DNA from: Geosiphon pyriformis uo1
Lineage: Eukaryota; Fungi; Glomeromycota
NCBI GenBank assembly: GCA_016748015.1
Contig: JAAOMT010000151.1
Location: forward strand, 1 to 64,000
DNA length: 64,000 nucleotides
Reading direction: 5' to 3'
The notes below the pieces were generated by a model that was not told the origin of the DNA, made no database searches, and worked only from the letters and a program-made list of their open reading frames with translations. The translations under genes were made by a program, and so were the position numbers. Each line of letters opens with the position of its first letter. Positions within the stretch are counted from its first letter, which is position 1. Shown here one piece after another: positions 12,367-23,248 of the stretch.

Positions 12367-15004
12367 AGAAGAAAACCCCTTTTACACTTTTAACTTAACT
12401 GATGATGACCATGACATGGATGAATTAGCAATCAACCCCTCTGAATTCACAAGAAAGAAGAAGAAAGCCAAAGTTGATTTCGTTCTGGACCTCAATAAAG
12501 CTTCTACATCAACTGCTAACAACAATGAGCCCCCAAAAGCCAAAGTTTTCAAGAACCCTCCAAAGTTGAAACCCCCAGAAATAGTACAAAAATCTGGCCT
12601 CTATTCTGTTGTCAAAGACCTCATGAAAATCCCAGCACATATAATCTTTGGCCAATTGATGACCCATCCACAATTTAGAAAAGATCTTTGCAAATCTCTG
12701 ATTCCAAAGAAAAAGACACCCAAAACCAACAAATGCTCTCACCAAGCTGGATTTGCTGACAATAGCAATGTCACTCCTCTAATTTGCAAAGCCCAAGTGG
12801 CTGGCTACTTCATCAATTTGATCCTAGACAGTGGATTATCTGTTAGTGTTATTGCTAAACACTTTCTTGAAGCAATTGGCAGAAAAATTGATAAACCATT
12901 CACATGACCAATGACCAATATGCATGGTGATAAGAAGAAAGGGCTTGGTATAGCCAAAGCTATTCCTGTCTGCATCAATGGCATCAGCATTGAAACTGAT
13001 ATGGAAGTATCTAAAGTGAAAGAATACACCATCATTGTTGACAATAAATGGCTCAAGAAAGCAAAAGCTTTGCTTGATTATGAACTCTGTGAACTAACCA
13101 TCAGATGTGGTGAGAAACTCATTGTGGTTAAGTGTCATCATTGGACAACTCCCCCAGTACCCAAGCAGAGCCCAGAAGAAAATGAATCAGACGAATCAGA
13201 TGATGAAGAAAGTGAGGAAGAAGAAGAACAAGAAGAAACTGCTGAACTTACCTATACCATCTTCACCAGCAATGGCAAACCACTGGATAATGTCAAGGCA
13301 GATAAAAAAGGAATTATTGTCAATGGCAAGCTGATCTGCTGGTCTTATTATGACATGTTTAGAAAAACCTTTGACAGAAAGCCAGGCAAGAAAGCCAAAT
13401 ACAGTTATTGGTGGCATGATCCTTGTGCCCAATGCTGGTGCGACAAACCATTGTATTTTCCTAGTGATGAATGTATGTCCTGCCTGATCTATTACAAAGA
13501 TTGGGAACCAATTAGCTTAATACCCTGTGAAGAAATAAAAGAAGTCCAAAAGTCTTTTGAAAATAAACCACCTGAAATCCAATCACTGGTTGTAGAACAA
13601 AGAGAACCCTCTCTAGAAGAAAGAAAGATAGACATTGAAAATCTGCTGGCTAGAAACAGCCCAGTTATCTCAAAAGAAAGTGAACCTTTTGGACGTACAC
13701 ATGTGATACAACACACCATCATTACCAGAGAAACCTGCCCCATCCATTTGAAGCCCTATCAATCCAACTGGCAGAATGATGAGTTTATCAAAAAGGAAAT
13801 AACCCGAATGAAAAACCTTGGATTCATACAGGAAACCAAAAGTGAATGGGCATTTCTGGTTGTAGTGGTATCCAAGAAAGGAAGAACCCTATGCTTTTGT
13901 GTTGACTATCACCAATTAAATGCCATTACTGAAAGAGACATATACCCACTTCCTAAGATTGATGCAATGCTAGACCAATTCTATGGTGCCACTTTCTTCT
14001 CAACCATTGACTTAACTGCTGGATTCTGGCAAGTAGAGATGAATTCAGAAAGCAGAAAGAAAACTGCTTTCATCACCAAGTATGGCACCTACGAATTTAC
14101 AGTCATGTCTTTTGGTCTCACAAATGCTCTTCCTATCTTTCAATGCTTAATGGACAAAGTATTTGAATCAGTAAAAGAAAACTTTGTTCTAGTCTACTTG
14201 GACGACATAATGGTATACTCAAAAACCTGGGATGAATACCTTGAACATTTGCAAAAGGTTTTTGACCTTTTTAGAAATGCTGGCCTCAAGATCAATCCAA
14301 TCAAATCATTCTTTGGACATCAATCCACCCAGTTCCTTGGCCATCTTATTACAAAAGATGGAATTTTCCCTGATCCAGCCAAAATTGAAAAAGTTCAAAA
14401 CATTAGACAACCAATGAATGTTCATAAACTACACTCTTTTCTTGGTTTGGCCTCTTATTATCGCAAGTTTGTCAAGAATTTCTCCAAAATCGCCACTCCT
14501 CTCAATCAGCTACTTAAAAAAAACATCAATTATCACTGGGGCACTCATCAACAAAAAGCATTTGAAATTCTGAAGGAAAAACTGGTTACAGAACCCATTC
14601 TCATGCAACCTAATCTGGATCGATCTTTTATCTTCCATACTGATGCATCTGGCTATGGACTTGGTGCTGTTTTTTCCCAGAAAGATGAAGATGGCAGGAA
14701 ACATGCCGTAGCATATGCCAATAGAACTCTCACACCAGCAGAAAAAAACTACTCAGTTACTGAGCAAGAATACTTAGCAGTAGTTTGGGCTACCAGCTAC
14801 TGGGACAAATATCTTAAGAGTGTGAAATTTTTGGTGGTAACAGATCACCAAGCTTTGGTTTGGCTACACAACAAAAGAAACCTGGAACATAAATGGATAA
14901 CTCGCTGGATACTCCACTTGGATGAATTCGACTATGACATTCAACACTGCAAAGGAGCTAATCATCAAAACACCAACGCTCTTTCCAGACTTACCATCCA
15001 GTAA
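12320..15004 (+). pseudogene. pol: pol (PR-RT-RNase H) of A2
   Basis: LILDSG, YLDD, HTDASGYGLGAV; one internal TGA at 12905-12907; ends LSRLTIQ*. Confidence 0.95.
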
Positions 15005-15069
15005 TAGTAAAACCCTCCCAAACCAAACCAACTTAATTATTTGTAACTTCCTTACAAACAAACACAATA

Positions 15070-16120
15070 ATGAACTTGGACAACTACTCTGCCTTAATGG
15101 AATTTTTGGGNNNNNNNNNNNNNNNNNNNNNNNGATACCTGCCAAAGAAGAGGAAAACCCAATAGCAAAAAAGATATTCATCCGATCTCTGTTGGTCAAC
15201 CATTTGACAGAATTGGTATAGATGTTGTTGAACCTTTAACAGTAACTCCTGATGGCAACAGATACATTATCACAGCTACCGACTATCTTACAAAGTGGAT
15301 AGAAGCAAGAGCCACCCCAGATCAAACAGCAGTTTCAATTGCCAATTTCATTTATGAAAATATTATCTGTCGCCATGGCTGCCTCAAAGAACTTTTATCT
15401 GATAGAGGAAGAGCTTTTCTCAGTACACTGGTTGAAAAACTTTGCAGAAAAATGGGAATATGTTATAAACTCTCTTCCCCTTATCACTACCAAACAAATG
15501 GCCTAGTGGAATGTTTCAATAGAACACTATGTGAAACCCTAGCCAAAACCAGTGAAGAAACCAACCTATGGGACAAAGTATTGCCTTCAGCTTTGTTCAC
15601 CTACAGAACTGTGAATCATGACATAACAAGTTATGAACCCTTTTATCTGTTCTATGGACGAATGACAACTCTACCAATAGAAACGGATATAGAAACAATA
15701 CCTTTTGAAGAAATAACAATAGGAGATTACAAGGACATTTTGCAAAGAAAACTTGGTACCATTCTTGACTCATTGGTAGAAGCATAAATAATTGCCTTTG
15801 AAAAGATAAAACAGTTTCAAGAGAAGCTCAAAAAGAAAAAGACCTATAAAACACTTTCCTTAAGTGTTGGTGACTTAGTTTTGGAATACTGTTCAAACAG
15901 AGACAATGTCTATGGTGATAAATTCTCCAGCCGCTGGAAAAGACCCTTTATAGTCAACAAAGTTTTGAACAATAGTTCTTATATTTTACAAAATCAATAT
16001 GGAACAATCTTCAATAATCGCCCTGTTCATGGCACACAACTCAAGAAATATCACAAACAACCTGATTGGTTACCTGTTGTGGTAATACCGACCCAAATAA
16101 TCAACAAAAATCAGATATAA
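15070..16120 (+). pseudogene. Stand-alone integrase ORF of A2 (spans the N gap)
   Basis: ATG 15070 (MNLDNYSAL), PFDRIGID, SDRG, QTNGLVE, WKRPF. Confidence 0.9.
15111..15133. other. Assembly gap (23 N)
   Basis: N run; about 290 nt are missing relative to A1. Confidence 0.99.
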
Positions 16121-16161
16121 ATAAATGCACCATTCCCAAAATGGAGGTATCTTCAATCAAC

Positions 16162-16786
16162 ATGAACAATTATTTTCTGAATCAAAACATTCAAAATGTC
16201 TTCTATACTCTCTATGAGTATTGGATCAAAAACTATCCAAATGCTACTCTGATCATTGGAAAACAAACCACCATAACTGATAACAGTGGAACACATACTG
16301 TTATTAGACCAAAAAAAACTACTACCAGAAGAGAAAAAATTAGTAGTAAAATGGATAAATATCTGTTGGAAAGTATAACAGCAGCTATACTTCTACCTTC
16401 CAATACAATTGGAAAAACACTTCAAAAAATCTTACCCATAGACAAAAACTTGTCTTGGTGAAATCATAGAGGATATGAAACTCATGAAGAAAACAACTTT
16501 AGAGATACAGGCAGAAATTTTGGGCATTATATGGTTAGATGTCTCAAGAGTTTTAACTATTGCTAAAAGAGCCAAAACTCTAATACAAAGATTTGGTCTC
16601 TTGGATACAAAACTCATTTTGCCTCAAGTATTATATATCTTATCCACAAAAGACTTCAACAAACTAGTTAGCTTTGAGTTAGATAAAACCTTTCAAATAG
16701 ATTACCCCATGAATAGCTTGATTTTGCTGGAGCTCAATCTCTTTGAAAAGGATGATATTACAGTTGAAACTTATACTTCTTATTAA
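16162..16786 (+). pseudogene. ORF4 of A2 (short internal deletion near 16455)
   Basis: MNNYFLNQNIQ...TVETYTSY*, homologous to 560-1216. Confidence 0.8.
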
Positions 16787-17742
16787 TTATCACATGTATT
16801 AGCTACTGATGTCACATAAATTAGCCACTCTATTTTTAGTAAGTGATTATTGACCTGATCATTGACTTGATTATTGACCATTTTTAACAGCTATATAAGC
16901 AATAAATCTCTTAGCTGTAGAAAAGCATGAAAAAATCAAGGAAATCAAATAAATAAAATAACAACTTTCATCTCAATTCTTCTCTTATCGCTAATTTCCT
17001 TTTCCCTACTTTCAAGTATCTGAACATCTTAAAGATAAAAAGATTACTTGTTGGTTATTCCCTACCCTTTTTCTGAAATGTGTAATTGTAGCAATTGAAG
17101 ATTATTGAATAAAATATAACTGAAAAGCATATCTGATACTTGATATTGAATTCTAAGAGCACCAACATGAAGCATAAAATTATACCAAGTGTGATCATTT
17201 GTTGACAGTACGAACTATCTTTCTATCTTCAGATTCCCCAGTTACTTTGAAAAGTATAGTGACTGAAATATTTTATAAGACTAATCTTGCACATTGAATC
17301 CATACTTATTTAATTTGCTCTTTAAAGTTGAATTTTCCTTTGATTATTTCTATCACCCTACAATCCTGTTCTCCCTTGCTATTCATTAGCTTGTTACTCC
17401 AACCCGTAACAGTATAATTACAGCATTTGAAGATTATTGAATAAAACGTAACTGAAGAGTACATTTGATACTTGATATTGAATTCTAAGAGTGCCAACAT
17501 GAGACATAAAATTATACTAGACGTGATCATTTGTTGACAGTACAGACTATTCCTCTACCTTCAGATTTCCAGTTATCTTTTGAAAAGTATAATGACTGAA
17601 ATATTTTATGAGATTGATCTCACATATTGAATTCATACTTATTCAATTCGCTCTTTGAAGTTGAAATCTCTTTAATTCTTTTCATTACCTACAATCCTGT
17701 TCTCCCTTGCTATCCATTAGCTTGTTACTCCAACCCATAACA
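16756..17742 (+). repeat. 3' LTR of A2 (16756-17411) plus a second LTR 3' half (17412-17742)
   Basis: PPT at 16745-16755; two successive TAACA LTR ends at 17411 and 17742. Confidence 0.9.
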
Positions 17743-18312
17743 TTATAATGCATCTATGAAAAGATCAGTCTTCTAGAATTAAATCCAGTCCTAATCAGAC
17801 TGCTAAGTGGATGAGTGATATGGTTAAAAATAGTCATAGGCTTGTTAGCATTATGGGTAAGATGTATGAATTAGATATGTTTGATACATTAGGTGGTAAA
17901 AATAGTACTAGTGTGTAGTTGGGGCTTTCCACTTGTGATTAGCTACATCTTATGATTTTGTATTATTGGATGAGCTGGCTTTATGAAGTGCCATATTACT
18001 GTGGTTATAACTAATAAATAACCACATGGCTATACCCATAATGCAAACAAGTTTATAACTACTCTTAACAAAACCACTCATCCACTTAACAGTCTGATCA
18101 GGATCAGATTTGATACTATTTTTTTTTTTGTTAACATGTAGCCATGCTGGTCATTTATTAGTTATGTTCACAATAATATGACATTTTCATAAAGCCAGCT
18201 TACCCAATAATACAAAATTTACAAGATGTGGCTAACCACAAGTAGAAAGCCCTAACTACATGTTAGTACTACCTTTGCTACCTAAAGATTCAACCATATC
18301 TAATTTATACAT
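17743..18312. mobile_element. Three family D 3' fragments: 17743-18033 (+), 18034-18118 (-), 18119-18312 (-, with poly(A))
   Basis: Homology to 40370-40689. Confidence 0.85.
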
Positions 18313-20374
18313 TCCCAAAAGTGCCAGTTGGTTTCCACTTCCCTGTGACATATCTTGCAAAAATTATTCAAGTATACAAAAAAACATCTGTTGTATAGCA
18401 CCTCTACTGTTGACAGCATGTTGTAAAATGATTTTATAATAAATGTCCACATTGCCTGATGACATTTTACCATCCCAGTTCCAAATCTTGGTTGTGTATG
18501 TCCAGTTTATATCTTGGTCTAAAAATTCTATTGTCTTTTGGACTTTGTTGTTGTCTACCTAATCTAAAGCTGATTGAAGACTAGTTTGTTTGCTTAGAAA
18601 ATGTCTAATATTTAGATCCAATTTAACTCCTCTACAAAAGGGAATGTATGTGATCTTCTTAGCATTGTAGGTCTACCTCACTGTATCAAGAGTAGTAGAT
18701 TCTTTGGCTAGTTTGTCAGCCTTTTTATTTTCTAATATACCAGTATGTGCAGCCATTTTGTTCATGTTGAAATCAATCCTCTTTTCCCTTATTATTGCTC
18801 TGATTGCATTCCATGTGTGCCAATTTGAAGTTTTGAGCTGATTTCTAATAGACAAGGGAGAATTTTTGAACAACCATTTTTGAGCTGTTGTTATTACTGC
18901 TTGACTATCCGTGTATATTGTTAGTTTGCATCTGTAAGGTACTGCTTCCAAAGCCAACAATACTGTCTTTGTCTTTGTTTTTGTTAATGATAATGTTCCA
19001 TCAACTGCTATACCAAATTCAGCTTCTATCCCATGTGTTATGAAAGCAGCTGCTCCTCTTGCATCCTCAGAACCAGCTTTTACCAGTAAGCCATCTGTTG
19101 ATATTTCTATTTCTTTTCTGAGTCTTAACTTCTCTCACACACCTCTCCATTGTGGTAATAAAGCATCAGGAATATGAATGTAAATAGTGTCTCTTTGCAT
19201 TGTTTCTAAATTATCTGGTATTTGGTTAGTCAGTTTGTGCATCTCCAATACTTCACATTGTGCTACCTTAATGTTCCTGTACTTATTCATAATGATTGTA
19301 GACTCTAAAATCTTAAACCATCTGGGAATTCTACTACTATCATTTTGTCTATACTTCTATTCATGTCATCAATGACTCATCTTTGTTTTGTATCTGATGC
19401 AAATACAAAATGTTTTTCTGCCTTAGTAAGCTTTTAACTTTAATATAGGTTTCACTTGAAGGTATGATAGCCTCAATTAAATATGTCTGTGGTCTTGAAG
19501 ATTCAGGTACCCCATGTGTGTTACCATTGCTCCTGAATGAGATGCTTCTTTCCTCCATTATCTGCATAATATTAGCTATTAGATTAACTCCTGGCCTAGA
19601 TTGTTCATTAGATACCCAAGAGGGCAAGACACTGATTAATAATATAAGAGATAAGTAAATACAGTGCCTTTTAGAATGGCTAAATTAATAAAAGACCAGC
19701 ATGGCTACACGTTAACAAAAAAAACAAAAACAAAAAAAAAACAGTGCCTTTTAGAGGCTGTAAGAGTGGGACATAAAGCCTCAAACACTGATGAGAAAAT
19801 TGTACTGTCTAATGAATACATTATGTCAACATTTAACATAGATCTGCTATATAAAGAATTGATCAATAAGCAATTTGGAAGAATCAATGTTTTGGCTAAC
19901 ATAAACCTAAGTACTAACAATAATATATTAATTAAGATGTGTAAATGAGTTACTCAAGCAAGGAATAGATTGTGGAGAGAACATTGCAAATTGCAAACTG
20001 AATGAGAAAAATCAATGGGTATTGATAACAGGGTCAAAAAAAATCTATCTGGTGGTTTCAACATACATAGCACTTTAAGAAATAATAGTAGAAATACCAG
20101 CAAACCCATAGTTAAAATAGGTAATGTATTTACACAGTATAATAATATGCTGACTAATGTTTTTTGTGGTAGGAGTACTTTGTGTAATAGTATGATACCC
20201 CATAAATTTTCTGGTTATACTAGCATGTAGTTAGGCATAACCACTTAGTGATTAGCCACATCTTGTAATTTAGATTATTGGGTGAATTGGCTTTATGAAA
20301 AAGTCATGCTTTTTGAGTGTGGCTAAACTAATAAAAGACCAGTGTGACTACACGTTAACAAAAAAAAAAAAAAA
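18310..20374. mobile_element. 5'-inverted (twin-primed) LINE C copy: ~18310-19611 (-) + ~19612-20374 (+, poly(A))
   Basis: Inverted part matches ~26215-27540, direct part matches ~27547-28236. Confidence 0.85.
19676..19740 (+). mobile_element. Ultra-short LINE 3'-end insertion with 15-bp TSD
   Basis: ACAGTGCCTTTTAGA at 19661-19675 and 19741-19755 flanks ~41 nt of 3' UTR plus an A tail. Confidence 0.9.
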
Positions 20375-20621
20375 GATGAGTGGTATGATTAAGAATAGTC
20401 ATGAGCTTGTTAGTATTATAAGTAAAATGTATGAATTAGATATGTTTAATACATTAAGTAGCAAAGGTAGTACTAGCATGTAGTTAGAGCTTTTTGCTTG
20501 TGGTTAGCTGTATCTTGTGATTTTTGTATTATTGGGTGAGCTGGCTTTATGAAAGTACCACAATTTTGTAAACACAAACTAATAAACATCCAGCATGGCT
20601 ATATATTAACAGAAAAAAAAA
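20375..20621 (+). mobile_element. Family D 5'-truncated copy
   Basis: MSGMIKNSHELVS..GSTSM* + shared 3' UTR + A tail. Confidence 0.88.
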
Positions 20622-20865
20622 TAAATAATCTAAGCCAGAGATTAATCTTATAGCAAATATTATGTAAATAATAGAAGAAAGGAGCATTTTATTCAAAAGC
20701 TCTGGTAACACATATAGGGTACCTGAATTTTCAAGACCACATGCACACTTAATTGAGACTGTCATAGCTTCAAGTGTAACCTACTCTAAAGTTAGAAGCC
20801 TACTAAGGAGAGAGAACATTTTGTATTTGCATTAGGTACAGACCAAGAATAGATCATTAATAACA
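20622..20865 (+). mobile_element. LINE C ORF2 internal fragment
   Basis: Homologous to ~26220-26463. Confidence 0.85.
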
Positions 20866-20971
20866 GACTGCTACCACACAATTTACTATGCCTCAAATTT
20901 GGAAAAATAAGTTTTTGCAAAGAAATCTTTAATTATAATAAATTATTATTACTATTACAACAGACTTAAAA

Positions 20972-23248
20972 GTGTCTGATAACAACATCAACAGTGAAGT
21001 GACAACAGTCATGCAAAGAAGTACAAGTGTAGAGACTATTGTCAGTAAATACCAAGTGGAAGAGAAAATAACTTCCACTGCTGAAGGAGAAGACATCAAC
21101 GTTAATCCACAAAATTTATTGACTGTAGAAACTACCAGACCTATTACACCTCCATTTAGATTTGAAACCACCAATAGACCATTTGGAAGTGTAAACACAA
21201 GTAGTGGAGACAATACACCCTTTAGAATAGCCAAAACATCAAAAAGAACAGCTTCACACAGGAAAGCAGCAGATTTTTCTCTGATAACAGCTAACAGATT
21301 GGAGGAAAAGGCCAACAAAAAATACAGACACATTGGAGGATTAAGCGTAAAAGGGCTAACTGAGAAATTCACCCAAATTTCTGAAAAAAACTTACCTGAA
21401 ACCACATCTGTTCGAACTGATACCTTTGTCTTACAGCCAATGTTCAACAAAGGAGGAAATAGCAACAAATTTCAAATAGAAGCTTGGACTGGTGAAAAGG
21501 AAGCTTCAAAGTCCCTGAAAAAAATGGATGGAACATCCAAAGTGCCTAAAGAAGACAGAAACAGAGCTGCACAAATAGAAGCAGCTCTGAAAAAGTGCAA
21601 TCCTGATATTTTGGACAGGATCAACAGAGGAAAGTCTGCATTAGAGAATGAAAAACAAATGGACAATTCATTTGATGCAAACAAAGATAAACCTAATGCA
21701 GAGGATGTCACAGAAGACATGGAAGAATCTGAATCAAGCCTATCAAGCAGAATGGCTAGTCCAAGTCCAGAACAATACAGTAGTAAATTGCTTGGCAAAA
21801 AACCCATGTCTGTGGAAGCAAACCAGGAGGAAGAATGGCGAACAGTGGTCCATGGAACCAAAAGACATGTACTTTTTGTACAAGTGTTGGATATACCTGA
21901 GAAAATCATGGGAAAAAAAGTGGGGTGGATCTATGATCTCTTGGAAGATGTTAATTACTTCTTGGGAGCTGTAATGGCTAGAAACCAAGAAATCAGAGTG
22001 GATTTTTCCCAAGTGGCTGGAAGAGACCAAGCCAGAGAAATTCTGGCAAATAATGAAATTGAATCATTTTTGATGGCTACTGATGGCATTAACATCCAAA
22101 TGACTGGTCAGAAAAAAGTCCTAGTAAGAGATATCCCCTTGGGCATCTTTGACAGAGAGGTGGGGGCTGCTATGAAAGAATTTGGTAAGGTCAAAAAAAT
22201 TCAAATCAGAGTGGCTGGCAAATGGCAATTAGCAGTGGTTGAGTATAGCAACCAAGAGGAAGCAACAAAAGCTGTAGATCAATGGTTGACCATGGTCAGA
22301 AAGGATGCGGTCAGAATTTATCTGATGATTGGAACCCAAAAGATCATTGAGCAGAGAAAAACTTGGGAAGCTAAATTGGTGGGCCTACCACAGAACTGTA
22401 CTGCTTACTATTTGAGCACTACCTTGGATCAAATCAGTGTCCAATTCTGCTTCATCTCAAGAACTAGTAAAAATTACACAAGGATGGGCTGTGCTTATGT
22501 GGAATTTGACAATGAAGCCAGCCGCAACAATGCCACTAAAAAACCCTTGGTAATCGGTGACACACTGGTCTACTGGGTGCCTACTGATGCTAAAGAGTGC
22601 CACTTCTATTACCAGGTAGGACATTTGGTCTCAAAATGTCCAATCCTGCATAAGAAAAAAGAAGGGGATACCAAGAAAGTTACCAACAATATCAGGTTGG
22701 CAAAACTGTATGTTAAGAAGAATGTTCCAGAGGAGAACATCAAAGCCTTTGGTGGAAGATCATATGCTGATATAGCTGCACTCAGACTGCCCCATAACCG
22801 GAACAACAACAATCCAAATAATACTCAGAAACCTGGTCCACAAGTGAACAATAGAGAAGAACAATCAAAAAAAGGAGATAACCAACCATGGAAGAGTGAA
22901 ATTGATGAACTAAGACAGCAGGTCAATGAAATGGTGAAACTGCTGAATGCAGTTGCTGCCAAACTTGGAGTGACAATAGAAAAAGGTGAAAAAGTAATAA
23001 TTACTCAACAGCCAAGTAACACCTCAGAAGAAAAAAAAGTGGTAGAAATAGGGTTACCAAACCAAAGTACTATGTTGAAATCTACCCCAGCAGAAAAAAA
23101 GGAGACATACAACCCAGAATTGGAAATCAAAGAAATTAAAAAAACTTTGGAACCCATTCTGGAGTTACTGAAGCAAGTGAAAAAACAGAGTAGCTGGAGC
23201 AGTTCTACTGCTGGAGAATCTAAATCTATGGAAACAGATGATGTGTAG
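20972..23248 (+). CDS. LINE ORF1 protein (RRM-like domains, CCHC knuckle, coiled coil); first ATG at 21011
   Basis: 758-codon open frame; VRDIPLG..FGKV..WQLAVVEY, KLVGLP..CAYVEF, CHFYYQVGHLVSKC. Confidence 0.85.
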   Translation: MSDNNINSEVTTVMQRSTSVETIVSKYQVEEKITSTAEGEDINVNPQNLLTVETTRPITPPFRFETTNRPFGSVNTSSGDNTPFRIAKTSKRTASHRKAADFSLITANRLEEKANKKYRHIGGLSVKGLTEKFTQISEKNLPETTSVRTDTFVLQPMFNKGGNSNKFQIEAWTGEKEASKSLKKMDGTSKVPKEDRNRAAQIEAALKKCNPDILDRINRGKSALENEKQMDNSFDANKDKPNAEDVTEDMEESESSLSSRMASPSPEQYSSKLLGKKPMSVEANQEEEWRTVVHGTKRHVLFVQVLDIPEKIMGKKVGWIYDLLEDVNYFLGAVMARNQEIRVDFSQVAGRDQAREILANNEIESFLMATDGINIQMTGQKKVLVRDIPLGIFDREVGAAMKEFGKVKKIQIRVAGKWQLAVVEYSNQEEATKAVDQWLTMVRKDAVRIYLMIGTQKIIEQRKTWEAKLVGLPQNCTAYYLSTTLDQISVQFCFISRTSKNYTRMGCAYVEFDNEASRNNATKKPLVIGDTLVYWVPTDAKECHFYYQVGHLVSKCPILHKKKEGDTKKVTNNIRLAKLYVKKNVPEENIKAFGGRSYADIAALRLPHNRNNNNPNNTQKPGPQVNNREEQSKKGDNQPWKSEIDELRQQVNEMVKLLNAVAAKLGVTIEKGEKVIITQQPSNTSEEKKVVEIGLPNQSTMLKSTPAEKKETYNPELEIKEIKKTLEPILELLKQVKKQSSWSSSTAGESKSMETDDV

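Larger units (their letters stand above)
10069..17411 (+). mobile_element. Ty3/gypsy family A copy A2 (probably chimeric; contains N gap)
   Basis: LTR-PBS-gag-pol-IN-ORF4-PPT-LTR; the two LTRs are different subtypes and the flanks give no matching TSD. Confidence 0.93.
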
